From Bacillota bacterium (GTDB lineage: Bacteria; Bacillota; Clostridia; Oscillospirales; Ruminococcaceae): a DNA stretch of 64,000 bases. The translations under genes and the position numbers were made by a program. Where the stretch lies: positions 70,302 to 134,301 of the forward strand of contig JAEZRC010000002.1 in assembly GCA_023440965.1 (NCBI GenBank), in the 5' to 3' direction. The stretch's first letter is position 1; every line of letters begins with the position of its first letter. The notes beneath the pieces were generated by a model. That model did no database searches, was not told where the DNA came from, and saw only the letters and a list, made by a program, of their open reading frames with translations. This document shows, piece after piece, positions 30,296 through 39,699 of the stretch.

Positions 30296-30661
30296 ATGAA
30301 TGATAAATATAACTGTCCTGTTGAGGCAACCCTTGATCTCATTGGCGGTAAGTACAAGGCTTTGATTTTATGGCATCTTATTGATAACGTTTTAAGATTC
30401 GGTGAGCTGCAAAGATTCATTCCTGATGCAACACCCAAAATGCTTACTCAACAGCTTAGAGAGCTTGAAAAGGATAATCTTATCATAAGGACTGTTTACC
30501 CGGTCGTACCGCCAAAAGTCGAATATAAATTAACTGATTTCGGTAATAGTATGATACCAGTACTTGAAAAAATGTATAGCTGGGGAGAAACTTATCTCGC
30601 AAAACAAGGAAAATGCCCAAGCTGTAATATGAAAAAGCATAATAAAGCTGACATTGAATAA
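30296..30661 (+). CDS. HxlR-family winged-helix regulator with C-terminal CxxC tail
   Basis: CPVEATLDLIGGKYKALILWHL is the canonical HxlR N-terminus. The C-terminal tail is GKCPSCNMKKH. Divergent from copA. Confidence 0.9.
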   Translation: MNDKYNCPVEATLDLIGGKYKALILWHLIDNVLRFGELQRFIPDATPKMLTQQLRELEKDNLIIRTVYPVVPPKVEYKLTDFGNSMIPVLEKMYSWGETYLAKQGKCPSCNMKKHNKADIE

Positions 30662-30675
30662 TCAATGTCAGCTTT
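30644..30675. terminator. bidirectional terminator hairpin overlapping the HxlR stop codon
   Basis: Perfect 14-bp stem AAAGCTGACATTGA-ataa-TCAATGTCAGCTTT. Confidence 0.75.
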
Positions 30676-30680
30676 TACTA

Positions 30681-31577
30681 TTAACATTTAGTTTTAATAC
30701 GATAATTTCTCGGCGAAGTACCTACATTTTTCTTGAAGAAATTGCTGAAGTCACTTACATTCTCATATCCCACACGCCCTGCGATTTCTTTTATGGCAAG
30801 TGTAGTGTTTGCAATAAGATATGAGGCAATCTTTATCCTTGTACTATTTAAAAATTGTATTGCTGTCATACCTGTTTTTTCTTTTACAATATCATTAAGC
30901 TTATTTCTGTTCATTAAATATTTTTTTGTAATCTGTGATAATGTAATATTTTCAGAAATATTTTCAGTAAGATATTCAGTTATTTCATTTGCAATATTAT
31001 TATTGAGGTTATTGCCGGTATCTTTAGATAAGTAATACAGCTGATTGATGTTAATGATAAGCTCAATGAAATATGATCGACTTCTGCATGGCCAGTAGCC
31101 GTCATACTGCAGAAGAAGTTCATTATCAATATTGTTAATGAGCTTTTTCAGTTGAAGGTATTTATCAATCGATATATCATATCTGTTCGGCATATTTACA
31201 TCAAGATTGTAAAAAGTATTAAGCAGAATTGCATCCTGCCTTGCGGTTGTATTAATTTCATTAAAATCAATGCTATCCAGGAACTCGAATTCAAACAAGT
31301 CATTCAGTACACGCGGATGAAAATACAGGCAAGTCATATGCTTAATTGTTGTTGCATTAAAACGAACTACATCATTCTGATTGAGGCATAAAACAAAAGG
31401 CGAAGAGAAATTAAAGCTATTATTATTCAGGGTAAACTGCCCCTGACAATTATCAACAAGAATAATCTTGCATCTGTCATTTGAATTTAGGTTAGCAATA
31501 GGTATGTCTCTACTTTCAACAAATAGTTCAACAACTTTGACCCAATAGTCTGATTTAGAATTTGTTAATAAATCCAT
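30681..31577 (-). CDS. AraC-family transcriptional regulator
   Basis: 298 aa. C-terminal double HTH_18 (IKEIAGRVGYENVSDFSNFFKK..G.SP..YR). Confidence 0.85.
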   Translation of the reverse strand: MDLLTNSKSDYWVKVVELFVESRDIPIANLNSNDRCKIILVDNCQGQFTLNNNSFNFSSPFVLCLNQNDVVRFNATTIKHMTCLYFHPRVLNDLFEFEFLDSIDFNEINTTARQDAILLNTFYNLDVNMPNRYDISIDKYLQLKKLINNIDNELLLQYDGYWPCRSRSYFIELIININQLYYLSKDTGNNLNNNIANEITEYLTENISENITLSQITKKYLMNRNKLNDIVKEKTGMTAIQFLNSTRIKIASYLIANTTLAIKEIAGRVGYENVSDFSNFFKKNVGTSPRNYRIKTKC

Positions 31578-31634
31578 AAAACACCCCTTTACGTTATAAT
31601 AACATAAAGAAGCGTTTTTTTCAATAATTTGTTT

Positions 31635-32393
31635 TTATTTTGTCAATTTTATGGTCTTTCCGTACTCAACAAGCATACCATTCTTTGGTGTGAATAGCTT
31701 TGCATTATCGGCATCATAATCTGCCTGACCTAATGTTACGTGAATAGGAATAGAATGTTTTGCCTTGATAATGTTTGCACATTCAGTAGCTTCCTCACTT
31801 GACATATTGTATATTCCGTCGGTTGGAAAAAGTGCATAATCAAGATTTCTGTCAGCAAGCTTTGTCATATCATCAATCTTTGAAGTATCTCCAGCATGAT
31901 ATACTGTTATTCCATCAACAGTTATTATGTAACCAACACTTTCGCTTCTCTTGTGGTTTGCATTCTCAGCAGGAACTGCTTCGATTTTAATACTGTTGAT
32001 ATCTTTTGTCTGATATGTCCCATCTTTGAGCATATCATCACTCTTCAGTACTGTGCCGTTTGCATTAAGGGTAACAAGGTCTACGTGATTGTGGTCATCG
32101 TGGTTGTGAGTTACAAGAACGATATCGCCCTTTTGAGTGTAGTCGCCATTGTAATAAGGGTCGATATAGATAACCGTACCATCTTTTGAAACAATCTTTA
32201 CACTCGCATGACCTATTAATGTCATTGTTGTTTTGCCTTTTGTGTCTGCTGCATCTATATATTGTGCAAAAGCAGTATCTTTAGAAACTTCAGGTTTATT
32301 AGCTTTTGATGAACTGTCTTTTGTTTTTCCTCCGCAAGCGGTAAGAAAACTGAACAATGAAATCACCAGAACGGATAATAGGATTCTTTTCAT
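31635..32393 (-). CDS. MBL-fold metallo-hydrolase lipoprotein
   Basis: Lipobox LTAC. THNHDDHNH (HxHxDH) motif. Paralogue of the next gene. Confidence 0.8.
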   Translation of the reverse strand: MKRILLSVLVISLFSFLTACGGKTKDSSSKANKPEVSKDTAFAQYIDAADTKGKTTMTLIGHASVKIVSKDGTVIYIDPYYNGDYTQKGDIVLVTHNHDDHNHVDLVTLNANGTVLKSDDMLKDGTYQTKDINSIKIEAVPAENANHKRSESVGYIITVDGITVYHAGDTSKIDDMTKLADRNLDYALFPTDGIYNMSSEEATECANIIKAKHSIPIHVTLGQADYDADNAKLFTPKNGMLVEYGKTIKLTK

Positions 32394-32534
32394 GATATCA
32401 CTCCTTTAAGAATATTATAGCTTATTTAACGCAATTTCATATAGAAAAAGTGCACAGGAAGTTGAAAAATCTGCATATAATTAGTATATAGGTTCCATTT
32501 CTATTAATTAAATTCAATAATATAATATATTATT

Positions 32535-33293
32535 TTATGGATTAAGTTCTATTGTTTTGCCGTATTCAACAAGCATTCTGGTCTTTGCTTTAAATGTATC
32601 TGCGTACTTTTTATCATATGGTTCCTGCCACATACCTAAGTGGAAAGGTATAGTATGCTTTGCATTAATAATATTTGAGCAGTCAGTTGCTTCCTGCATT
32701 GTCATATTAAGAATACCGTCAACAGGTAAAAGCGCATATGTTATGTTTTTGTCAGCAAGGTTTTTCATTTCCTTTACGTTGAGCGTGTCACTTGCGTGGT
32801 AAACAGTAATTCCATCGAATGTGAGAAGTAATCCAACGTGGTCACCCTTGCCGTGATTATAATTATATGCTGGCACAGCCTCAATTTTTATACCTTTTGC
32901 CTCGAATTTTGAATAGACGTCGTTCTTTACAAAATCAGAACTTTGATAGAACTTTCCATCATCCTTTAGGGTTACGAGATGCCTTCTGTTACAATCCTCG
33001 TGGTTGTGGGAAATCAAAAGAAGGTCTGCCTTTTGCGTATAATCTCCCTCATAAAACGGATCTATGTATATTACTATGCCTTCTCTTGTGACTATCTTTA
33101 CACTTGAGTGACCTATAAGTGTTAAAGTCGCTTTTCCTTTGCTTTTTGAAGGTTCAACATAATCAGCAAACTTTATATTATCAGATGAATTTAATTTTAC
33201 TGTTTCTGTCGAGTTGCTATCTTCTTTTTTTTTGCATGATGTTATACTAAAAAGAACAGTAATTAATAAAACTGCCCAAATAATTTTTTTCAT
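32535..33293 (-). CDS. MBL-fold lipoprotein paralogue with degenerate metal motif
   Basis: Lipobox ITSC. SHNHEDCN in place of HxHxDH. Collinear similarity to 31635-32393 (LTLIGH.SVKIV...G.VIYIDP.Y.GDYTQK.D). Start at MKKIIW with AAGGAG SD. Confidence 0.8.
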   Translation of the reverse strand: MKKIIWAVLLITVLFSITSCKKKEDSNSTETVKLNSSDNIKFADYVEPSKSKGKATLTLIGHSSVKIVTREGIVIYIDPFYEGDYTQKADLLLISHNHEDCNRRHLVTLKDDGKFYQSSDFVKNDVYSKFEAKGIKIEAVPAYNYNHGKGDHVGLLLTFDGITVYHASDTLNVKEMKNLADKNITYALLPVDGILNMTMQEATDCSNIINAKHTIPFHLGMWQEPYDKKYADTFKAKTRMLVEYGKTIELNP

Positions 33294-33342
33294 TATTATC
33301 ACTCCTTTTAATTAATAATTATAATCATTTAAACAAAAAAAT

Positions 33343-33360
33343 ATATAGAAAAACTGCACA
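33343..33360. repeat. 18-nt motif shared by the leaders of both MBL paralogues
   Basis: ATATAGAAAAACTGCACA here versus ATATAGAAAAAGTGCACA at 32439-32456, at similar distance (about 45-65 nt) from each start codon. Here it is one arm of an imperfect inverted repeat (33341-33390). Confidence 0.6.
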
Positions 33361-33412
33361 TCTAATTTGGAAATGTGCACTATTTCTATATTCAATAACT
33401 TTTTTTCACAAT

Positions 33413-33438
33413 AAAAAAAGAGGGATAGCCCTCTTTTT
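33413..33438 (-). terminator. intrinsic terminator of citrate synthase
   Basis: A-run, AGAGGG-atag-CCCTCT, T-run. Confidence 0.8.
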
Positions 33439-33447
33439 AAAACTTAT

Positions 33448-34803
33448 TTATCTTGCATCAAGTGCAATATATTTTCTTGGCTTCATAACGGACTTGTATG
33501 CAGGACGGATAATTCTTTTTCCTGTAACGATTTCCTCAAATCTATGAGCACACCAACCAGACATTCTTGATACTGCAAAAAGTGGTGTGAATAAGTCACT
33601 TGGAATACCAAGCATTTTATAAACAAGACCTGAATACATATCAACATTTGCACAAACGGTTTTGCTATCACCTTTAACTTCAGCAAAAAGTTCAGGTGTC
33701 AGCTTTTCAACGATCTGAAGAAGCTTAAATTCAGCCTCATATTCTGTGTTTTCAGCCATTTTCATAGCGTGCTTTTTAAGAATTACTGACCTTGGGTCTG
33801 AAACAGTATATACAGCATGACCCATACCATAAATTAATCCTGATTTATCGCCAGCTTCCTTGTTAAGGAGCTTTCTCATATAATCTGCAACCTCGACTTC
33901 GTCTGACCAGTTGCTGACGTTCTCCTTGATGTACTCAAGCATTTCCATAACCTTCATATTGGCACCACCGTGCTTTGGACCTTTAAGTGAGCCAATTGCA
34001 GCAGCGTAAGCTGAATATGGATCTGTACCTGATGAAGTAAGAACACGACAGGTAAAGGTTGAGTTGTTCCCGCCACCGTGTTCAGCATGAAGCATAAGCA
34101 TAAGATCAAGAAGATGAGCTTCTTCAGGAGTGTATTTTCTGTTTGAGCGGAGAGTCGAAAGAATTGATTCAGCGATGCTCTCGCCAGGCCTTAATTGATG
34201 AACTACCATACTTTTTTGATCAAAATGACGTTTTTTAACCTGATAAGCACTTACCATTATAACAGGTAATCTTGAGATAAGTGAAATTGCAATCTGCAAT
34301 TCTCTTTCAGGTGTAAGATTTTCAGGAGCTTCATCATATGTATATAGAGCGAGCACACTGCGAGCAAGATTGTTCATGATATTACTTGAAGGTGCTTTAA
34401 GAATAACATCTTCAAAAAAACGTTCAGGCAGTTCCCTGGAATCATTTAAATATTCAATAAATTCGTCAAGCTTATCTTTTGTCGGGAGTTCGCCCATAAG
34501 TAGAAGATAAATAGTTTCTTCAAAGCCAAAACGCTTTTCTGAATAAACATTTGAAACAAGATCATTGATATTATATCCTCTATATATTAGTTCCCCGTCA
34601 ATAGGCTGTTTTTCACCCTCATTTACTATGTATCCATGCACGTTACAAATGTTTGTAATTCCTGCCATAACACCTGTTCCATCGGCATTTCTCAAACCTC
34701 TTTTAACATTGTACTTGTCGAATAGATCAGGATTTATTGAATTATTGTTTATGAATCTGTCATATAATTCTGATTTAGTATCATTTTGGATATGGTTCTG
34801 CAC
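33448..34803 (-). CDS. citrate synthase
   Basis: 451 aa. Citrate-synthase signatures (LMLHAEHGGGNNSTF, GLIYGMGHAVY, SR..GW.AH). GTG start with AAGGAG 8 nt upstream. Confidence 0.9.
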   Translation of the reverse strand: MQNHIQNDTKSELYDRFINNNSINPDLFDKYNVKRGLRNADGTGVMAGITNICNVHGYIVNEGEKQPIDGELIYRGYNINDLVSNVYSEKRFGFEETIYLLLMGELPTKDKLDEFIEYLNDSRELPERFFEDVILKAPSSNIMNNLARSVLALYTYDEAPENLTPERELQIAISLISRLPVIMVSAYQVKKRHFDQKSMVVHQLRPGESIAESILSTLRSNRKYTPEEAHLLDLMLMLHAEHGGGNNSTFTCRVLTSSGTDPYSAYAAAIGSLKGPKHGGANMKVMEMLEYIKENVSNWSDEVEVADYMRKLLNKEAGDKSGLIYGMGHAVYTVSDPRSVILKKHAMKMAENTEYEAEFKLLQIVEKLTPELFAEVKGDSKTVCANVDMYSGLVYKMLGIPSDLFTPLFAVSRMSGWCAHRFEEIVTGKRIIRPAYKSVMKPRKYIALDAR

Positions 34804-34973
34804 TTTATCATCTCCTTATTAAATAGTAATATTAATTTTAAACCATATCAGAAAATCTGTCAAGTTGTCATTATTATCCTTAGTTTTGGATTAATTGGAA
34901 TATAAAAAAATCTAAATGAATAAAATGATATTGGACAGGTTATCAATTCCATAAAAAGAAAGGAAAAATTAAA

Positions 34974-35978
34974 ATGAAAAATCTTATTTCAATTATTCTT
35001 GTTTTCGGAGTAATGCTTCTTGCTATTCCAGCAGTAGCATTATACAAAAAGCCAGCTCAGACAAAGGATGATAGCAGTAGTAAAATTATAAAAAAAGATG
35101 TCAAGGTTGAATCACTCAAGGAGCCTGAAGTGTACAAAATGCTTAATACCAAAACAAATACAATATTTGAAATCAAACCACGTGATTATGTAATCGGTGC
35201 GGTTTTTGCACAGATGCCTGCAAATTTTGAAAAAGAAGCGTTGAAAGCGCAAGCAATAATAGCACATACATATATTTTAAGACAGCACGAAACTGTTATC
35301 CAGAACTTACTTCCTGATTTAATGGGTGCAGATTTTTCGAATAATTTCAATATGTATCAGGCATATTTCAATGCTGAACAGGCAAAATCTTTGTACGGCG
35401 ATGAATATAACACGAATTTAAAGAAAATATCTGAAGCTGTTGATGAAGTGATGAAAAAAGTTGTGACATACGACGGAAGCCTAATTAGTCCGGCATTTCA
35501 TTCTATGTCAGGTGGAATGACAGAGTCCGCAAAAAATGCGTGGGGTACTGATTTGCCGTACCTTCAACCAGTAAAAAGTGATGGAGAAACAAAAGAAAAA
35601 GGATTTTCTGAAACAAATACATTTTCGGCAGAAGAAATATCAACAAGATTAAAACAGGATTATAAGGATATAAAGCTTGGTGAGGATAAATCACTATGGC
35701 TAAAAGTTGGTGATAAGTCTGAATCAGGAACAGTACTTACATTGACAGCAGGTGATAAGACTATTAAAGGTTCTGACCTTAAAAGTATTCTTTCTCTACG
35801 TTCCTGCAATTTTGAAATCAGTTTTAAGGACGATACTTTTACCATAGTTACAAAAGGTGTCGGCCACGGTGTCGGGTTTTCTCAATATGGAGCAAACACA
35901 ATGGCAAAAAGCGGTTCAACCTATGATAAGCTTCTTTCTTACTATTATACCGGGATTAAAATTAAAGATTTAAAATAG
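34974..35978 (+). CDS. spoIID: stage II sporulation protein D (SpoIID/LytB lytic transglycosylase)
   Basis: N-terminal anchor plus SpoIID-domain motifs (ALKAQAIIAHTY, FHSMSGGMTE, GHGVGFSQYGA). Confidence 0.9.
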   Translation: MKNLISIILVFGVMLLAIPAVALYKKPAQTKDDSSSKIIKKDVKVESLKEPEVYKMLNTKTNTIFEIKPRDYVIGAVFAQMPANFEKEALKAQAIIAHTYILRQHETVIQNLLPDLMGADFSNNFNMYQAYFNAEQAKSLYGDEYNTNLKKISEAVDEVMKKVVTYDGSLISPAFHSMSGGMTESAKNAWGTDLPYLQPVKSDGETKEKGFSETNTFSAEEISTRLKQDYKDIKLGEDKSLWLKVGDKSESGTVLTLTAGDKTIKGSDLKSILSLRSCNFEISFKDDTFTIVTKGVGHGVGFSQYGANTMAKSGSTYDKLLSYYYTGIKIKDLK

Positions 35979-35990
35979 ATGTAAATTAAT

Positions 35991-36019
35991 AAAAAAGTCA
36001 GCACTTTGCTGACTTTTTT
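35991..36019. terminator. bidirectional intrinsic terminator
   Basis: A6-GTCAGC-acttt-GCTGAC-T6. Confidence 0.85.
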
Positions 36020-36024
36020 ATTAA

Positions 36025-36201
36025 TTAATCTATTGCCTTGCTAATATCGTCCATACCTTCATCAACAAGACTTCCGGTGTCGTCTATAAGATTTTCTGCT
36101 TTATCTCCTAAATCTTTTGATGAATCATCATTATTTGTGCATCCTGCAAATAATGAAACAGCCATTATTAATGTCAGCATAGAAACTATAATCTTTTTCA
36201 T
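36025..36201 (-). CDS. small acidic lipoprotein
   Basis: 58 aa. Lipobox LFAGC. AAGGTGA SD before MKKIIV. Confidence 0.5.
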   Translation of the reverse strand: MKKIIVSMLTLIMAVSLFAGCTNNDDSSKDLGDKAENLIDDTGSLVDEGMDDISKAID

Positions 36202-36320
36202 AAAATCACCTTTCAAATCAATATTATTATAATAGAATTACATATAGAAAATAATTCTGACAAAACTATTATAACAAATAATAAGAAAGATATTCTTAAA
36301 ATATTAAAAAGTAATTTTAC

Positions 36321-36350
36321 AAAAAAAGATCAGCTAAAAGCTGATCTTTT
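36321..36350 (-). terminator. intrinsic terminator of pyk
   Basis: AAAGATCAGC-taaaa-GCTGATCTTT with a T-run on the minus strand. Confidence 0.85.
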
Positions 36351-36354
36351 AAAA

Positions 36355-37785
36355 TTATACTTCTGTACCGACGTGCGCAACCTTAAGAAGATTTGTTGTA
36401 CCAGACATTCCAAGAGGAACACCAGCAGTAATAACAACAAGATCATTGAATTGAATATATCCTTTTTTTAGGGCAGATTCAACAGCATGACTAAAAAGCA
36501 CATCAGTATTGGTCTTTTCTTCAACAAGAACAGGAATTATGCCCCAGGACATATTCAGCTGTCTTAAAATAGTTTCATCTGTTGTACAACCAATAATTGG
36601 ACAGTTAGGACGATACTTTGAAATCATTCTGGCTGTAGTACCAGTTTTTGTTACAGTAATAATTGCATTTGCGTTAAGGTCGTGTGCGGTTGTTACTGTT
36701 GCATGTGATATTGCATTTGTAATATCAGTATTTGAATCTGTATCACGTTTTGAAAATCTTGAAATATAATTGATGTCTTCTTCAGTAGTTCTTGCTATTA
36801 GTGACATGGTCTTAACAGTTTCAATAGGATATTTTCCGGCCGCAGTTTCTCCTGAAAGCATTATTGCACTTGTTCCGTCATAAATTGCATTTGCAACGTC
36901 AGTAATTTCTGCTCTTGTCGGACGTGGATTAGTCATCATTGATTCAAGCATTTGAGTTGCAGTGATAACCTGCTTGCCTGCGTTATATGCCTTGTGGATA
37001 AGTTCTTTCTGAATAGCAGGTATTTGTTCAAATGGAATTTCAACACCCATATCGCCACGGGCAATCATTATTCCGTCAGCAACCTCGAGAATCTCATCAA
37101 TATTATTAACGCCATCAATGTTTTCGATTTTTGCAATAATTCTTGGATTGTACCAGCCAAGACTCTTAGTGATATTTCTCAGATACATAATATCTGCAGC
37201 AGTTCTTACAAATGAAGCAGCAATAAAATCGAACTGCATTTTTGCGCCGAATTCAAGGTCAGCCATATCGCGTTCAGAAATATAAGGCATTGAGAGCTTA
37301 ATCCCAGGGACATTTACTCCCTTGTTGTTTGATACAGTACCGCCGTGAACAATATCACATGCTATTTCATTTCCGTTGACTTTTTTACATTTAAGTTCTA
37401 TGACACCATCATTAATAAGAATTGCTGTTCCAGGCTTAACATCCTTTGGAAGGTCTTTGAATGTAATTGAAGATATATCTTTTGTTCCCTCAACCTGATC
37501 TGTTGTCAATGTGAATGTTTCACCATCTTGTATTATTACAGGCTTGTTTTCTTTGAACTGACCAAGTCTGATTTCTGGACCTTTTGTGTCAAGCATTGTA
37601 GCTATAGGAAGATCAAGTTCTTTTCTGAGCTTATCTATCATTTCAAATCTTGATCTGTGTACCTCATGATCTGAATGAGAAAAGTTAAAACGAGCAACAT
37701 CCATTCCTTCAAGCATAAGCTGCCTCATTATATCTTCATTATCAGTTGCAGGTCCGATCGTACAGACAATCTTTGTTTTTCGCAT
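36355..37785 (-). CDS. pyk: pyruvate kinase
   Basis: MRKTKIVCTIGPA..., MIARGDMGVEIP, and a C-terminal regulatory domain. GGAGGA SD. Confidence 0.95.
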   Translation of the reverse strand: MRKTKIVCTIGPATDNEDIMRQLMLEGMDVARFNFSHSDHEVHRSRFEMIDKLRKELDLPIATMLDTKGPEIRLGQFKENKPVIIQDGETFTLTTDQVEGTKDISSITFKDLPKDVKPGTAILINDGVIELKCKKVNGNEIACDIVHGGTVSNNKGVNVPGIKLSMPYISERDMADLEFGAKMQFDFIAASFVRTAADIMYLRNITKSLGWYNPRIIAKIENIDGVNNIDEILEVADGIMIARGDMGVEIPFEQIPAIQKELIHKAYNAGKQVITATQMLESMMTNPRPTRAEITDVANAIYDGTSAIMLSGETAAGKYPIETVKTMSLIARTTEEDINYISRFSKRDTDSNTDITNAISHATVTTAHDLNANAIITVTKTGTTARMISKYRPNCPIIGCTTDETILRQLNMSWGIIPVLVEEKTNTDVLFSHAVESALKKGYIQFNDLVVITAGVPLGMSGTTNLLKVAHVGTEV

Positions 37786-38046
37786 ATGTTTTCCTCCAAT
37801 AAAATTAAAAATTCGTCCAAAATACATTATAGAGTAAATAAAATCAAAGTCAAGATTTTACAAAAGATTATGCAAAATATTTTAAGTTATACATAATAAT
37901 TATATTTAAAGTTTAATATTATAGGCTAAATTATACAGTGACCAATTATATATATGATTAATATTTTTTGTATTAAAATGTTTTAAATACATATTGCTTG
38001 TAAAATCATAGAAATTCTGCTATTATTCTAATGAAGAGGTGACATT

Positions 38047-38844
38047 ATGAATTATCAACAGAAGTCGACATATTTCAGAAAAACTATTTTTCTTTGTCTT
38101 GCAGTTTTGTGTATATATATTATGACTCTTTTTTTTAAGACAGTCAGAGCTAATATATATAATGTCGGTAATCTTTTTGGACTTGTAGGCAGTGCATTTC
38201 TTGCATTGTGCTGTCTTGCTAATGAAAAGGTTGAAGTTATTATTAAGAATATATGGAAGAAAAGAGCAGGCAGAGTATTTTTGGTAATACTTATCGCAAT
38301 AATATTAACATTATCTACAATATGTATAATATTTAGTGTTCTTATGACAAAAGCAATGAATAACCAACCAGAAGTCTCGCGTCCTGTAATTGTTTTAGGT
38401 TGTCAAGTTTATGGAACTAATCCATCCCCAATGCTCAAAAGAAGACTTGAAGCAGCAAAAGAATATCTTGATAAATATCCTGAAGAAATTGTAGTAGTAA
38501 CAGGTGGACAAGGTAATGGTGAAGATATTCCAGAAGCAAAGGCAATGCATGATTGGCTGGTAAAAAACAGCATAGAAGATAAACGAATTATTGTTGAAGA
38601 TAAGTCGGTCAATACATCAGAAAATCTTGAAAATGCAAAAAAACTTCTTGATGATGTATGTAAAACCGATGAAGTTGTAATAATAACTGATGGTTTTCAT
38701 CAATATAGAGCAAGCTTCCTCGCAAAGCAATATGGACTTAAAACATATGCTGTAAATGCAAAGACAAATCCTGACTATGTTCCGACATTTTGGGTCAGAG
38801 AATGGGTTGGTCTTGCTAAAGATATTATTTTCTCTGCTTTTTAA
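38047..38844 (+). CDS. YdcF/SanA/ElyC-type DUF218 membrane protein
   Basis: Three N-terminal TM helices plus DUF218 signatures (VLGCQVYG..PS..L..RL, VTGGQG..E...EA.AM..WL, NT.ENL). Confidence 0.8.
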   Translation: MNYQQKSTYFRKTIFLCLAVLCIYIMTLFFKTVRANIYNVGNLFGLVGSAFLALCCLANEKVEVIIKNIWKKRAGRVFLVILIAIILTLSTICIIFSVLMTKAMNNQPEVSRPVIVLGCQVYGTNPSPMLKRRLEAAKEYLDKYPEEIVVVTGGQGNGEDIPEAKAMHDWLVKNSIEDKRIIVEDKSVNTSENLENAKKLLDDVCKTDEVVIITDGFHQYRASFLAKQYGLKTYAVNAKTNPDYVPTFWVREWVGLAKDIIFSAF

Positions 38845-38888
38845 ACAAAATTACTCTGGTATTATTGAGTAGTTTGTGAAAAAATCTC

Positions 38889-38917
38889 TTGATAATTGTA
38901 GTAAAATAATATATAAT
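38889..38917 (+). promoter_or_regulatory. near-consensus sigma-A promoter of the NifU-like/GGGtGRT operon
   Basis: TTGATA-N17-TATAAT. Confidence 0.7.
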
Positions 38918-38991
38918 AAACTTGTATGTTTTTTGTAACTTATTTCAAAAATTGTTTGAATATAAGGTAAAATACCGAAAGGAGTACAGAT

Positions 38992-39684
38992 ATGAATTGT
39001 TCTCACGAAGTAGAGAGAATGTGCACTCTCAAAAAGGGCCCAAACCACGGTCCTGCTCCAATCCCTGAAGAGGGCGAATGGGTAAAAGCTTATCAGATTA
39101 CTGATATTTCCGGTTTGACACACGGTGTAGGCTGGTGTGCACCACAACAGGGAGCTTGTAAGCTCACATTAAACGTTAAGAAGGGTATTATTGAAGAAGC
39201 ATTGGTTGAAACACTCGGATGCTCAGGTATGACTCACTCAGCAGCTATGGCTGGTGAAATCCTTCCTGGTAAGACACTCCTTGAAGCACTCAACACTGAC
39301 CTTGTTTGTGATGCTATCAACGTTGCTATGAGAGAGTTATTCCTCCAGATAGTTTACGGAAGAACTCAGACTGCATTTTCAGAAGGCGGTCTTCCAATCG
39401 GTGCTGGACTTGAAGATCTTGGTAAAGGCTTACGTTCACAGGTTGGTACAATATTCTCAACAAGCTGCAAGGGCGTTCGTTATCTTGAAATGGCTGAAGG
39501 TTACATTCTTTCAGTTGCACTTGATGAAGATGATGAGGCTATCGGATATAAATTCGTAAAAGTTGGAAAAATGCTCGAAGACATCCGTCACGGAGCTGAC
39601 CCAAAGACAGCTTACGAAAAGAACATCGGTACTTATGGCCGTTATGAAAACGCTGCTAAGTATATCGATCCAAGAGAAGAATAA
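38992..39684 (+). CDS. IscU/NifU-N-like cysteine protein with extra C-terminal domain
   Basis: 230 aa. GWC...GAC...ETLGCSGMTHSAAMAGEILPGKTLLEAL...VCD resembles the three-Cys scaffold layout of IscU/NifU-N. AAAGGAG SD. Confidence 0.65.
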   Translation: MNCSHEVERMCTLKKGPNHGPAPIPEEGEWVKAYQITDISGLTHGVGWCAPQQGACKLTLNVKKGIIEEALVETLGCSGMTHSAAMAGEILPGKTLLEALNTDLVCDAINVAMRELFLQIVYGRTQTAFSEGGLPIGAGLEDLGKGLRSQVGTIFSTSCKGVRYLEMAEGYILSVALDEDDEAIGYKFVKVGKMLEDIRHGADPKTAYEKNIGTYGRYENAAKYIDPREE

Positions 39685-39699
39685 GGGAGGTATCAGATT

